Assembly: GCA_002633005.1 (NCBI GenBank)
Contig: NMRA01000082.1
Coordinates: 655,731 to 719,730, forward strand
From: Phoronis australis
Taxonomy: Eukaryota > Animalia > Phoronida
DNA length: 64,000 nt
Direction: 5' to 3'
The notes under the pieces: model-generated
The model's database searches: none
Seen by the model: only the letters and a program-made list of their open reading frames with translations
Told to the model about the DNA's origin: nothing
Translations under genes and position numbers: made by a program
In this document: piece by piece, positions 63,931 through 64,000 of the stretch
Layout of the letters: each line of letters begins with the position of its first letter
How positions within the stretch are numbered: position 1 is the first letter of the stretch

Positions 63931-64000
63931 ATGGCGGAGAGCAGGGAATTTGAAAGCGACGACGATTATGAGCAAGAATTGAACGAATACTATGAAAAAA
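63931..64000 (+). CDS. Start of an acidic ORF running off the window (possibly transposon-encoded)
   Basis: acaATGGcg context, MAESREFESDDDYEQELNEYYEK, with tgacgtca upstream. Confidence 0.3.
   Translation, partial: MAESREFESDDDYEQELNEYYEK

Overview
This is AT-rich animal genomic DNA with spliceosomal GT-AG introns. The repeat and gene families suggest a marine invertebrate, which is an inference. There are two assembly gaps. I reconstructed two + strand multi-exon genes by eye from splice sites and phase continuity. Gene 1 (1458-14656, 5' end not found, about 1370 aa) has an SEA-like domain, about 38 short 6-Cys EGF/laminin-type repeats (SCARF/MEGF10-like), one transmembrane helix and a short acidic tail without tyrosine. 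Gene 2 (30183 to at least 60896, 3' end not found) encodes signal peptide - EGF - IgV - linker - IgV - FN3 - TSP1. Each of its V domains is split over three exons in the same way. Intergenic and intronic DNA is densely nested transposon debris: P-like, hAT, Kolobok, ISL2EU/Harbinger-like, Helitron ends, CR1/L2-type LINE, Penelope and Gmr1-like Gypsy. The window also carries what look like excision scars: about 25 TACATGTA motifs (Tc1/mariner-type) and a 36-bp P-element-type footprint. All calls are manual and none were checked against a database.
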